The notes: generated from the letters alone by a model not told the origin. A stretch of DNA of 40,176 bases from an uncultured bacterium (GCA_965369835.1 CBDUSE010000004.1:1-40176), one strand, 5' to 3'. Shown: positions 8,800 to 18,344, counted from the stretch's first letter. A program made the numbers and translations.

Positions 8800-10659
8800 G
8801 TGCCGAAGAACGCAGCCAAACGTGTGATGCTGTTCGGCGTGGACTGCATGAGCAGCGAGCTGACGCAGTTGTTCGTCAAGCAGGGGAAGCTGCCGACCAT
8901 CGCGAAGCTGATGGAGCGCGGGGTGTTTTTCGACAACGCGCTGCCGTGTTTCCCGACGCTGACGCCATCGAACTGGACGACGATCGCCACCGGCGCGCTA
9001 CCCGGCACGCACGGCATCACCGATTTCACGGTGCACCACCCGGGCGAACCGCTCGACGTGACGCACCCCGGCTTCACAACGGAGGAGAACTCGGCCGAGT
9101 ACCTGTGGAACGCGGCGGCGCGCGCGGGGAAGCGCTCGGTGCTGATGAAGTACACGGCGTCGTGGCCGCCGGTGCTCGAGAACGGCGTGCAGGTGGACGG
9201 CTGCGTGCCCGGCTGCCAGCACACTCTCTGCCCGGACCACCTCTTCGTGTGTGCGAAGGACGACGCGGGGCTGCCGACGACTGAGCAGATCGAGCGCAAG
9301 CCCGACGCGTGGACGCAACAGAAGAAAATGGACATCTACCAGAAAGGGGCCGAGTACGTCCCGCTCAAGGCACAGGACGGCGCGCTCGTCGGGGAGATCG
9401 TCCTTAGACCCTTCAAGGGGAAAGCGTGCACGCTCGGTCTGGTCGTCCAGAAGAATGGAACTGTACGAGTCGTTGACGGCGCAAAGGCACTCGCATCGGC
9501 GACTCTTAAAGAATGGTCTGACTGGTTCGAGGTGAGGTTTGGCGACGGGCCGGCGTTCGAGGGGCGGACGCGGTTCAAGGTGCTCGAGTGGGCGCCCGAC
9601 GGCTCGAGGGCGAAAGTCTATACGACGAGCATGATGCCGAAGACGGGCTATACGCAGCCGGAGTCGCTCGGCGTCGAGCTGGCGGAGAACGTGCCGGGGG
9701 GCTTCATCCAGAGCCCGCCGGTCGGGGCGGCTGAAGCCGGCTGGATTGACCCGACGACGTTCTGCGAGGTGGCCGAGTTCCAAGCGGAGTGGTTCGCGGC
9801 GGCCTCGATCTACCTGCTCGAGAAGCAGCCCTGGGATCTGTACTTCATCCAGACGCACGCGGTGGACCATGCGTCGCACCTGTGGATCAACCAGGCGGAC
9901 CCGCACACGGCGTCGAGCAAGGAGGAGTCGGAGGAGTACCTGGGCTATCTCGCGCGGGTCTATGCGGCGTCGGACACGCTAATCGGGAAGGTCTTCGAGG
10001 CTTGCGGCGACAACGAGACGCTGCTGGTCGTCGTGAGCGACCACGGGATGCGCTGCTACGAGACGCAGATCGTCGAGGAGCCGACGTGGGATCGGGCGGC
10101 TCCCGCGCGGAAGGTGCTGACAGAGGCGGGGCTGTGCGCCACGTATCTTGACGAGAACGGCAAGGAGCGGATTGATTGGTCGAGGTCGCGCGTTGTGCCG
10201 GTGCGCGACTGCTTCCTCTACGTCAACCTCAAGGGGCGTGACCCGCACGGGATCGTCGAGCCGGGCGAGGAGTACGAGCAGGCGGTGGCCGAGGCGATCA
10301 CGGCGATGCGCACGTACGTCGAGCCGCGGCTCGGCCGCTGCCCGTTTTCGCTGGTGCTCACGCGCGAGGACGCGCGTATCCTGGGGCACTATACCGACCG
10401 CTCGGGCGACATCGTGTATGCCGTGGACAACCCCTACGCCTATATCCACGGTCAGCAGCTTCCGGCGAACAAGCTGGGGCTGTCGTCGCTGCGGTTCACG
10501 TGGATCATGGTGGGCCCGGGCGTCAAGCGCAGCGCCCGCATCGCGCGCAACGTCTGGCTCACCGATGTCTGCCCGACGATCTGCCACCTCGCGGACCTGC
10601 CGGTGCCGAGGCAGTGCGAGGGGGCGGTCGCGTACCAGGCGCTGGAGCAGATGCCGTAG
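8800..10659 (+). CDS. Alkaline phosphatase superfamily, type I phosphodiesterase/nucleotide pyrophosphatase
   Basis: FGVDC, PTLTPSNWTTIATGALPGTHGI (Thr nucleophile), DHASH, VVSDHG, YVNLKGRDPHGIV. Confidence 0.88.
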   Translation: MPKNAAKRVMLFGVDCMSSELTQLFVKQGKLPTIAKLMERGVFFDNALPCFPTLTPSNWTTIATGALPGTHGITDFTVHHPGEPLDVTHPGFTTEENSAEYLWNAAARAGKRSVLMKYTASWPPVLENGVQVDGCVPGCQHTLCPDHLFVCAKDDAGLPTTEQIERKPDAWTQQKKMDIYQKGAEYVPLKAQDGALVGEIVLRPFKGKACTLGLVVQKNGTVRVVDGAKALASATLKEWSDWFEVRFGDGPAFEGRTRFKVLEWAPDGSRAKVYTTSMMPKTGYTQPESLGVELAENVPGGFIQSPPVGAAEAGWIDPTTFCEVAEFQAEWFAAASIYLLEKQPWDLYFIQTHAVDHASHLWINQADPHTASSKEESEEYLGYLARVYAASDTLIGKVFEACGDNETLLVVVSDHGMRCYETQIVEEPTWDRAAPARKVLTEAGLCATYLDENGKERIDWSRSRVVPVRDCFLYVNLKGRDPHGIVEPGEEYEQAVAEAITAMRTYVEPRLGRCPFSLVLTREDARILGHYTDRSGDIVYAVDNPYAYIHGQQLPANKLGLSSLRFTWIMVGPGVKRSARIARNVWLTDVCPTICHLADLPVPRQCEGAVAYQALEQMP

Positions 10660-10717
10660 GAAACACATATCCACTCTGAAAACTGTTCTCGGGTGTATTT
10701 GGACACACGGGGGTGCA

Positions 10718-11290
10718 ATGATGAAGGTACTCGTACTCAACGGCAGCCCAAGGGAAAACGGCACCGTGGCCAGCTTACTGAAAGCGATTGCAGAAGGAAT
10801 CGCGCAAAATCATGAGACGGAGTGGGTGGATGTGTACGACCTGAAAATGCAGCCGTGCCGCGCGTGCATGAAGTGCAGGCCGGACGGCGACTGCGTTCTG
10901 CCTGACGATGACGCCCACGCAGTCGGCCGCAAGATAAAGGACGCTGACGGTCTCGTCGTTGGAACGCCTACTCACTGGCGCAACATGAGTGCCCAGCTCA
11001 AGCTCCTCTTCGACCGCAACGTGCCGGTCTTCATGGGCGAGAAATCCAACGGCATGCCGCTACCACGCCAGAAGGGGAAACCGGCCGCAATCGTCACCGC
11101 GTGCACCACGCCCTGGCCGTTCAACTGGATCGCCCCCGAGAGCCGTGGCGCCGTGCGCGCCGTGCGCGAGGTGCTGCACTACGGCGGCTACAGGATTCTC
11201 GGCAAGGTAGTCAAGCCCGGCACCAAGTCCAAGCCAAGCATTCCGCCAAAGCTCCTGAAGCAGGCCAAGAAGCTTGGCCGGAAGTTCTGA
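10718..11290 (+). CDS. Flavodoxin-fold NADPH-dependent FMN reductase / iron-sulfur flavoprotein
   Basis: LNGSPRENGT, CRACMKC-x5-C, GTPTHW...QLKLLFDR. Confidence 0.9.
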   Translation: MMKVLVLNGSPRENGTVASLLKAIAEGIAQNHETEWVDVYDLKMQPCRACMKCRPDGDCVLPDDDAHAVGRKIKDADGLVVGTPTHWRNMSAQLKLLFDRNVPVFMGEKSNGMPLPRQKGKPAAIVTACTTPWPFNWIAPESRGAVRAVREVLHYGGYRILGKVVKPGTKSKPSIPPKLLKQAKKLGRKF

Positions 11291-11315
11291 TTGGTGTGCA
11301 AGACGTAGCTCAAGC

Positions 11316-12416
11316 TCACTGGACTTCCTCTGCGAGCTCCTTGATGATCCGCAGGTTGGCGGCGGGGAAGGTGTATTTCGTGAAGTCGGCGGGGCGGGCC
11401 CAGCGGAGTTGCTGGGCATAAAGGGGCGTCGGGCGGCCGCGCACGATGCGGCACCAGTGGACGTGCAGCGTGACGCGGTAGTGCGTGTAGGTATGGCTGA
11501 CCTCGCACAACTTGTCCCCTACCTCGACCTCGATGCCGAGCTCCTCGTCGAGCTCGCGGCGAATGCAGGCGGCGATTGATTCGCCCGGGTGGCGCTTGCC
11601 GCCGGGGAACTCCCACAGGCCGGCGAGCAGCGCGCCGTCGGGCCGTTGCTGAATGAGGTAGCGGCCTCGCTCGCGGATGACGGCGACGCCGATGTCGTGT
11701 TTGATCGTCTTCGGGCGCCGCGCCTTGACGGGCAGTTTCTTCTGCAGGTCGCGCGAATAGGCATTGCACAGCGCCCTCACACAGCATTCGGCGCATCCCG
11801 GGCTTTGCGGCGTGCAGACGAGAGCGCCGTGCTCCATGAGCGCCTGGTTGAAGTCGCGCGCGTCGCCATCGGGGATCAGCGCTTCGGCGAGTGTCCATAA
11901 CAGCTTCTTCGTGTCGGCCTTCGTCGGATCGCGACGAATGGCGAAGACGCGGCAGAGGACGCGGGCGACATTGCCGTCGAGGACGGGGACGCTCATGTTG
12001 CAGGCAATGCTCAGGACTGCGCCGGCGGTGTAGCGGCCGATCCCGGGGAGTTTCTGCAGCGTTTCGAGGCGGCGTGGGACGCGACCGTGATGCTTCTCGA
12101 CGATGAGGCGGGCCGCTTTGCGCAGGTTGCGCGCGCGTGTGTAGTAGCCGAGGCCCTCCCACTGCTTGAGTACCTCGTCGAGCGGCGCGGCGGCGAGCGC
12201 TTTGATCGAGGGGAAGCGGCGCATCCAGCGGCGGAAGTACTGTGCGACACGCTCGACCTGCGTTTGTTGCAGCATCACCTCGGCCACAAGCACGCGGTAG
12301 GGCGTCGAACGGCGGCGCCACGGCAGCGCGCGCATCGTCGCGCGAAAGTGGCGCAGCAGGCGGCGCTGAAAGGCCGCCCGTTCGCGCGAATCAGGTTGTC
12401 CTCGACGGTGTTTCAT
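11316..12416 (-). CDS. mutY: A/G-specific adenine glycosylase with C-terminal Nudix domain
   Basis: EVMLQQTQV, WEGLGYY, LPGIGRYTAGA HhH, DGNVARV, CTPQSPGCAECCVRALC FeS cluster. Confidence 0.96.
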   Translation of the reverse strand: MKHRRGQPDSRERAAFQRRLLRHFRATMRALPWRRRSTPYRVLVAEVMLQQTQVERVAQYFRRWMRRFPSIKALAAAPLDEVLKQWEGLGYYTRARNLRKAARLIVEKHHGRVPRRLETLQKLPGIGRYTAGAVLSIACNMSVPVLDGNVARVLCRVFAIRRDPTKADTKKLLWTLAEALIPDGDARDFNQALMEHGALVCTPQSPGCAECCVRALCNAYSRDLQKKLPVKARRPKTIKHDIGVAVIRERGRYLIQQRPDGALLAGLWEFPGGKRHPGESIAACIRRELDEELGIEVEVGDKLCEVSHTYTHYRVTLHVHWCRIVRGRPTPLYAQQLRWARPADFTKYTFPAANLRIIKELAEEVQ

Positions 12417-12448
12417 CCGCAGCTCCGGGCGGGACTGAAGATCGCGCC

Positions 12449-12477
12449 ATGCTACAGGCATGGGCCGGCCGTGTCAA
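12449..12477 (-). promoter_or_regulatory. Putative sigma70 promoter for mutY
   Basis: TTGACA-N17-TAGCAT. Confidence 0.65.
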
Positions 12478-12490
12478 AGCGGGGATGCGA

Positions 12491-12705
12491 CGGCGGGCAA
12501 GATGCCCGCCGGACAGCCGGCAAGATGCCGGCGCTACGATGTCCCGCTCCCGGCCCTACACGTGGCACGTGCCCGGCGAAGGCAGGCCACGCATACGGCG
12601 GGCAAGATGCCCGCCGGACAGCCGGTTCATCCTTCGTAGTACTTGCTACTCTGCGAAGTACGCTACGTAACACGAGACGGAGAATGGACAAGATGCCGGC
12701 GCTAC
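12491..12705. repeat. Two copies of a 47-nt GTAG-type REP doublet (CGGCGGGCAAGATGCCCGCCGGACAGCCGGCAAGATGCCGGCGCTAC); second copy split by a 63-nt insert
   Basis: Copy 1 12491-12537; copy 2 = 12596-12625 + 12689-12705, identical once 12626-12688 is removed. Confidence 0.88.
12626..12688. mobile_element. Non-autonomous hairpin mini-element inserted in a REP, itself carrying a 29-nt inner insert (about 12650-12678)
   Basis: Empty site present in copy 1; removing the inner segment restores a 14-bp stem TTCATCCTTCGTAG/CTACGGAGAATGGA. Confidence 0.6.
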
Positions 12706-12918
12706 AATTCGCCCATGGCCGTCGTGGATGTGCCGGAGATGCAAGAGAAGGCCGTAATCGCGGTGCCGCGCACGACGGTAGCCGTCCACTACGGGACGGC
12801 GAAGGAGATGGGACCTGTCAACGGGCATCGGCGCGTTTGGCGATGCCGAACGAGCGGCCCTGGGTCCTGCCGAATGAACAGCGGCTCGGGAGCCTCGCCG
12901 CCCAGCTCGACTGTCGCG

Positions 12919-13518
12919 CTACCAGCCCTTGAGCCACGGCAGCAGGATCGCTGAGATGTAGATCACGAAGATCAGCCCGTTCACGACGGTCCCTATGATG
13001 GCGGGGACGTGCTTCTCTTCTCTCATCGTGATCCCGACAATTCCCAGGACGAGGCCCAGCAGGGAGATTGCGCCCACAACACGGGGCCACCAAATGAACA
13101 AGGGCGGGACGTTTCCGGGATCCTGACCGGACTGGAGGAACACCCAGACGATGAGCACGATGGCCACGCCAAACCCGATTTTAAGGGAGACCCTGCCCGC
13201 CGGGTTTGGCGCGCCCTCCTCGAGCGTGACGGCCTTGACCTTCGGGCGATCCAGCTTCCGCGTCTTGTCGGCGGTTGCCGTATCCACCTCTTCGGGCGGG
13301 GCCTCTTCGAGCTTCGAGAGGCTCTGGTACGCGTCGCGGGCCGCATTGCGAACGTCCTCATCGAGCTCGTTCTCGATGGCCCAGTGCAGCGCCGGAAGGG
13401 CGTGCTCCTTGTCAATGGCGCTGAGTTCCTCGATCGCCTCGAGCCGGACCTCCACGGCGACGTCGCGGAGCTTCTCGACGAGCACGTCCACCCGTGCCTT
13501 GATTTCCCCCATGGTCAC
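12919..13518 (-). CDS. Membrane protein with N-terminal HEAT-like repeat and 3 C-terminal TM helices
   Basis: EVRLEAIEELS / EDVRNAARDAY HEAT-like helices; three hydrophobic segments. Confidence 0.8.
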   Translation of the reverse strand: MTMGEIKARVDVLVEKLRDVAVEVRLEAIEELSAIDKEHALPALHWAIENELDEDVRNAARDAYQSLSKLEEAPPEEVDTATADKTRKLDRPKVKAVTLEEGAPNPAGRVSLKIGFGVAIVLIVWVFLQSGQDPGNVPPLFIWWPRVVGAISLLGLVLGIVGITMREEKHVPAIIGTVVNGLIFVIYISAILLPWLKGW

Positions 13519-13592
13519 AGCCTCCCGGATTCCCGTCTCCGTCCTGGTGCTTCCGATGCCGGATCACGCGATGACACATCCCAACCCTATTT

Positions 13593-13621
13593 AGTGTAAG
13601 GCCCGCCGTCCGAAAGTGCAA
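13593..13621 (-). promoter_or_regulatory. Putative sigma70 promoter
   Basis: TTGCAC-N17-TACACT. Confidence 0.6.
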
Positions 13622-13650
13622 CAGGAAATCGGGCTCCGACGATCTTCATA

Positions 13651-13707
13651 ACGGGATCACAGGATCAACCGGACTGTCCTGATCCTGCAAATCCTGCTAT
13701 CCTGTCA
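13651..13707. repeat. Inverted array of short CAGGAT/ATCCTG units
   Basis: CGGGAT-CAGGAT-CCGGAC facing ATCCTG x3 with 8-9 nt period. Confidence 0.65.
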
Positions 13708-13743
13708 ACTCCTTGCAATCGTGGAGCGCCGAACTGAAGCGAC

Positions 13744-14364
13744 ATGGATACGCCTGTGACACGACGAGAAGACGCGTCCCTTGCAGGGCGCCTTGCGTTC
13801 CTGCTCTCGGCGATCATGACGCCGGCGCTGACGGCGACAGAGACGATGGCGCTCATCACGTGGCGGTTCGAGTCCGGATGGCGGGCCGCCGGATGTTTTG
13901 GGGTAATGCTGCTCTTCGGGAGCGTGTTCGGGATAGCGCTGGCCGTTGTCCGGACGCGCAGGAAAGGGCTGGCCGATATCCACATCAGCGAGCGGCGGGA
14001 CCGGCCCGGGTTCTTTGCCGCGTGCCTCGGCGCGGCGGCGGTCGGCTGGGGCGTGTTGCTGGTCGCCGGCGCTCGGGCGCCCTTGCTCATCTTTATGGCC
14101 GCCTACTGCGGCTGCCTCGGCGTCATCGCGCTGACGACGCTGCTCACAAAGCCGAGCGTGCACTGCGCGACGATGGCGGCGTTTGCAGGGGCGCTGCTGA
14201 TCGTGCGACCGGTTTTCGTGCCGGTCGCCGCGATAGGGCTTACAGCCCTGGTGTGGGCACGACTGTACCGGAAGCGCCACACGCTGCCGCAGTGCGTGTT
14301 CGGCATCGCCATCGGCGCCGTGACCGTCGCGGCGGCCTACATCGCGTGGAAGTATCTGACATAG
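13744..14364 (+). CDS. Integral membrane protein, PAP2-like
   Basis: Multiple TM helices; KPSVH and WARLYRKRHTLPQ resemble PAP2 C2/C3 motifs. Confidence 0.75.
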   Translation: MDTPVTRREDASLAGRLAFLLSAIMTPALTATETMALITWRFESGWRAAGCFGVMLLFGSVFGIALAVVRTRRKGLADIHISERRDRPGFFAACLGAAAVGWGVLLVAGARAPLLIFMAAYCGCLGVIALTTLLTKPSVHCATMAAFAGALLIVRPVFVPVAAIGLTALVWARLYRKRHTLPQCVFGIAIGAVTVAAAYIAWKYLT

Positions 14365-14389
14365 TGCAGTGCGCCGTGGATGACTTGAC

Positions 14390-14869
14390 GTGTGCTTGGG
14401 GGTCGTCACATACCCTGGTCTTGTCTGCCACCGGTTTTTAGTCATCAACCCGGAGGATCCGGACGAGAAGCTCGATGAGATGGAGTACCACTTGTACGTC
14501 GAGTGCCCAGGAGCTTCGCTATGCGAGCGGCGATTGCGCAGCAGCGTGTGCCGCATCTTTCCGACGTATCCCTACATGGACGAGAACGGGCGGGCGACCG
14601 GCCTCTTCTTCAACACGGTGCTAAGGGATAAGTGCTATCTGGTCGGACGGCCCGAGCTGGTCCGGACGGCGTTCATCTGCAACCACCTCGAGTTCTGGAA
14701 CGTGCTCTTCGAGCGCCACGGCGGCGAGCAGGCCTTTCACGCCGCGCTTTATCGCCAGACGGAAGCGCGCTACCGGCGGCTCGGCAAGCCGTTCATCGTC
14801 ATGACGCCGACAGGCACGCTCACGAAGCACTTCGAGAACAACGGCGAGGAAATATGGACGCCCCGGTGA
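14390..14869 (+). CDS. Hypothetical Cys-rich protein (weakly YkgJ-like CRxFP motif)
   Basis: GC3-biased codons, C..C..CRIFP..C pattern; overlaps next start. Confidence 0.65.
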   Translation: MCLGVVTYPGLVCHRFLVINPEDPDEKLDEMEYHLYVECPGASLCERRLRSSVCRIFPTYPYMDENGRATGLFFNTVLRDKCYLVGRPELVRTAFICNHLEFWNVLFERHGGEQAFHAALYRQTEARYRRLGKPFIVMTPTGTLTKHFENNGEEIWTPR

Positions 14870-16140
14870 ACGGCCCCTCCAGGAAGAGAGGGAGCTTCTC
14901 GGAGAGAAGGCGCGAGTCCCCTGCCATGCGGCGTCTCGTCGAGGGGCTCCGCCCCGCCCTCCGCTTCATAGACGCACGCCGGGACAAGACGACAGCGCAG
15001 CAGATCGCCATCTGCGAGGTGCCCGCGCCGACGTTCCACGAGGAACGCCGCGCCCGATACGTAGGGAAGCTGCTGGTCGGTTCGTCACTCAGGCAAGTCC
15101 GCACTGACAAGGTCGGCAACCTCCTCGGCCTCCGCAGGGGAACGAAAGGGGAGCGTTGCCTCGTCGTGGTGGCGCACCTCGACACGGTCTTCCCGCCCGA
15201 TGTTGTGCCGAAGGTGGTTCGCAGCGGCAGTCGCGGGCAACTGCTCAGGGCGCCGGGCATCGCGGACAATGCCGGGGGCATTGCGACGATGCTCGCGGTG
15301 ATCGAGGCGCTCGATCATGCAGGTGTCCGGACGCGCGACGACGTGCTCTTCGTCGGGAGCATCGGCGAGGAGGCACTCGGCAACCTTCGCGGTATGAGGC
15401 ACCTGCTGCAAAGCGCCTCGCTTCGCCAGCGGGTGTCGGGCTTCATCGTGCTCGACGGGGCGAACCCGAAGAAGCTCGTGACGAGCGGGCCCGCGATCAA
15501 GCGCTACCGGGTCACGTTCAGAGCGCGCGGCGGCCATTCGTGGGGACGGTTCGGCACGCCGAGCCCGCTTCACGCGGCCGGTCGGCTCATCGCAAGGCTT
15601 GCCTCGATGCGGGTGCCGGCGAAGCCGAAGACGACGTTCAACGTCGGCATCGTGAGCGACGGGGAGAACCTGGACGCGCGCGCAGGCGTCGTCGTCACGG
15701 CCGTGCCGTCGAGCACGGCAATCGAGGTGGACCTGCGCTCCGAGAGCGCGGCATCGCTGGCGCGGCTCGAGGCGGCGTTTCGGGTCGCCCTCGAACAGGC
15801 GATCGAGGAGGAGAAGCGGCACGCGACGCAGCATGCCGAGACGCTGCGGGTGCGGGTCGAAGTGCTCGGCGAGCGGCCGGGGGGCCGCACGCCGCGCAAC
15901 TCGAAGATCGTTCGTGCGGCGCTCGAGTCGTATGCGCACTTTGGGATGCCGCTCAGGTGTGTCTGCTCATCTACGGACGCGACGCACCCGATGAGTCTCG
16001 GGATTCCCGCGGTCACGGTGCCGCAGGGAGGTCGCGGCCGGGACATCCACACGCTCGACGAGCGGGTTAATATCGCCGGCCGCGAGCGCGCCATCAAGGC
16101 GGCGCTGCTGCTCATCGTCCGCCTTGCAGGCGACCCATAA
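14854..16140 (+). CDS. M20/M25/M40 family metallopeptidase
   Basis: AHLDTVFP, PGIADN, GEEALGNLRG, GGHSW, STD, HTLDE; GAGGA RBS before ATG 14854. Confidence 0.92.
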   Translation: MDAPVNGPSRKRGSFSERRRESPAMRRLVEGLRPALRFIDARRDKTTAQQIAICEVPAPTFHEERRARYVGKLLVGSSLRQVRTDKVGNLLGLRRGTKGERCLVVVAHLDTVFPPDVVPKVVRSGSRGQLLRAPGIADNAGGIATMLAVIEALDHAGVRTRDDVLFVGSIGEEALGNLRGMRHLLQSASLRQRVSGFIVLDGANPKKLVTSGPAIKRYRVTFRARGGHSWGRFGTPSPLHAAGRLIARLASMRVPAKPKTTFNVGIVSDGENLDARAGVVVTAVPSSTAIEVDLRSESAASLARLEAAFRVALEQAIEEEKRHATQHAETLRVRVEVLGERPGGRTPRNSKIVRAALESYAHFGMPLRCVCSSTDATHPMSLGIPAVTVPQGGRGRDIHTLDERVNIAGRERAIKAALLLIVRLAGDP

Positions 16141-16198
16141 TCTCTCCTCTGCGTGAGGTTCTTTCTGTCTCATGCAGAGGCGCGGAGACCGCAGAGAG
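16141..16198. repeat. Inverted short-unit repeat (CTCTGCG / CGCAGAG type) between convergent genes
   Basis: CCTCTGCGTGAG ... CTCATGCAGAGG CGCGGAG ACCGCAGAG. Confidence 0.65.
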
Positions 16199-16214
16199 GA
16201 AAACGAATCGGGGG

Positions 16215-17177
16215 TTATCCAGCGTCCTCCGTCGAGGGTTCTTCCTTGTTCTCTGAGGGAGCTTTCTCTTCCACTGAGCCCTCTTTGTAGAAGCGCTTGA
16301 CCTCGACCTTGTCGTAGATCTCCCTGATGATCTCGGGGAGCTTCCTGTCGAGAAGCGGCTTTTTGGACGGCTCCTTGCTGCGGTCGGTCACCTTGATGAG
16401 GTGGTAGCCGAACTGAGTTCGAACCGGCTCGCTTACCTCGCCGATCTTCAGCGCGTAGGCGGCTTTGGCGAACGGTTCGACCATCGCGCCCTTTCGGGGG
16501 AAGAATCCGCGGTCGCCTCCCTTGACCTTGGACGGACAATAAGAGTAGGCCTTCGCGCACTCTTCGAAGGACTGGCCGCTCTCGATCTCCTTCTTGATAA
16601 AGAGGATCTTCTTCTTCGCCTCCTCGTCGCTCACCTCGTCGGTTATGCTCACTAGGATATGGCTTGCGCGGACCTGCTCTTCGATCGAGTCGAGCTCTTC
16701 CTCAGTGAGCCTCGACTCGGCAAGCTTCTCGAGCCCGAGCTGGACGAAGATGATTTCCTTGAACTCCTCTTCGGTGAGTTGCTGCGCCTTAAGGACATCG
16801 GCAAAGGTTATCCCCGTGGCGGCGAGTCGCTGCTTCATTTGCTCCAATCGCGCATCAATCACCGAGGGCTCGACCGTGATGTCGCTCGCCAGGATGAAGT
16901 GCCGGATTGATTCGCGCCGGATCAGCTCTTCGACAAGCTCTCCTTGATCGAGGGCGCCGGGGCCGGTAGCGCCGCTGGCCAGGCGTTGCTGGTAGAGGTG
17001 GGCAACATCCGACCGGAGGATCGGGTGGCCATCCACTGTGGCAAGGATCGGATCATCCGCGCCGGCGGCGTTTGACTCTGCCGTAGGAGCGTCTTCCGCC
17101 GCCCAAACCTGACCCGGCATGCCGAGTAGGGCAAGAGAGCAGGCGGCGGTGATGAGAACGAGAGCAATGGTGCGCAC
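16215..17177 (-). CDS. Exported parvulin-type peptidyl-prolyl isomerase (SurA/PrsA-like)
   Basis: Signal peptide, ILATVDG, VRASHILV, YSYCPSKVKGGDRG, VRTQFGYHLIKV. Confidence 0.92.
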   Translation of the reverse strand: MRTIALVLITAACSLALLGMPGQVWAAEDAPTAESNAAGADDPILATVDGHPILRSDVAHLYQQRLASGATGPGALDQGELVEELIRRESIRHFILASDITVEPSVIDARLEQMKQRLAATGITFADVLKAQQLTEEEFKEIIFVQLGLEKLAESRLTEEELDSIEEQVRASHILVSITDEVSDEEAKKKILFIKKEIESGQSFEECAKAYSYCPSKVKGGDRGFFPRKGAMVEPFAKAAYALKIGEVSEPVRTQFGYHLIKVTDRSKEPSKKPLLDRKLPEIIREIYDKVEVKRFYKEGSVEEKAPSENKEEPSTEDAG

Positions 17178-17416
17178 CGGAATCTCCTTTCACGCTTTAG
17201 CGCCAAGCCGGGCGATCCTGGCGGGTCGGGGCGACTTTGGCACCGTGATTGCTACCTTGTACGACTTTGACGGGCTGAACGCGCGACTTTGCCGTTACGT
17301 AATGGTTCCGGCGCGCGCCCTTCGGGCACGATGGAAAAATGCTTTGACAGCCCGTACGGCCCTGTGTAGTAGTCGTATGATTGTATTCGACAAGCCACCA
17401 CGTGGCAAGGGGACAA

Positions 17417-18262
17417 ATGATGCCCAGCCCGGACGACAAGGATCTCGAAGGTAACGGTTCTTCGGCACCTATGGAGAAGCCTGCCATCCATGAGGAGGAG
17501 CAGGAAGAGCTCGCCGAAGCGGCCGAGGCCCTCGCTGACCAGCAGGAACCCGAGGCGATGGCCGAGGAGGCGGTGGCCGAGGAGCAGAGCCTCGTCCCGT
17601 CCGCGGGCAGGGCGCTGTCCACGGAAGGCATCGAGGACACCACGCTCGATTTCATCCAATCGTTCAACCGCCAGCTCGACCAGATCCAGGAGGTCAAAGA
17701 GAACCTCGAGGCGGAGGCGGTCGAGCTGAAGAAGGAAATCGCCGCGCGGGAACGGACCATCGCCCAGCAGCGTCGGCGCATGCTCGAGCTGGAGCAGGAC
17801 TCGCAACGTGCCCGCGAGCTCGAGAAGGAGCTGAAGCGGGTGCGGGACGCGCTCGAGGCCCGCGAGAGCGAACTCGACACGGCCAAGGCCGAACTGCGTG
17901 CCCGGGAAGCGACGGCGAAGCAAAAGGACTCGTTCATCGCCGAGCTCAACGCGAGCCACGATGCGATGGTCACCAAGACCATCGAGTTGAAGGAAGAGAT
18001 CCAGGCGCTCAAAGAAGAGCGGGCGCGAATGAACGCCCAGATGGAAGCGATCAACAGCGAGAAGGAAGAGATCCTCAACGAGAAGCGCCGCGTCGAACAG
18101 GCGATGAACCAGCTCGATGCCAAGTACCAGGCCGCGCACGATGAGGTGATGAGCGCGAAGAAAATCCTGGGCGAACTGCAGTCGGCCTTCGAGACCTCCC
18201 AGCGTAAGGCGCGCGCAATTCTCGACAAGAAGATCCGCGGTTCAAGCTCTCCGCCCGGCTGA
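17417..18262 (+). CDS. Coiled-coil protein with acidic N-terminus
   Basis: E/K/Q/L/A-rich heptad pattern over about 200 aa; AAGGGG RBS; TTGACA box at 17344. Confidence 0.85.
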   Translation: MMPSPDDKDLEGNGSSAPMEKPAIHEEEQEELAEAAEALADQQEPEAMAEEAVAEEQSLVPSAGRALSTEGIEDTTLDFIQSFNRQLDQIQEVKENLEAEAVELKKEIAARERTIAQQRRRMLELEQDSQRARELEKELKRVRDALEARESELDTAKAELRAREATAKQKDSFIAELNASHDAMVTKTIELKEEIQALKEERARMNAQMEAINSEKEEILNEKRRVEQAMNQLDAKYQAAHDEVMSAKKILGELQSAFETSQRKARAILDKKIRGSSSPPG

Positions 18263-18328
18263 TTGATCGCCGAGCTTCACAGCCGGTCGCGGTCTCCCCC
18301 CTTTTTCCCATCGGGCGTAACCATGTCC

Positions 18329-18344
18329 TGGCACGCTTGTTGCA
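18329..18344 (+). promoter_or_regulatory. Sigma54 (-24/-12) promoter
   Basis: TGGCACGCTTGTTGCA = exact TGGCACG-N4-TTGCW consensus, intergenic. Confidence 0.75.

Noticed and set aside
12491-12705. Possible CRISPR array
   Set aside because: Only two units, REP-like GTAG/CTAC end, no regular spacers, no cas genes
12716-12918. Short coding-like stretch MAVVDVPEMQEKAVIAVPR
   Set aside because: No recognisable family or RBS; cannot support as gene or pseudogene
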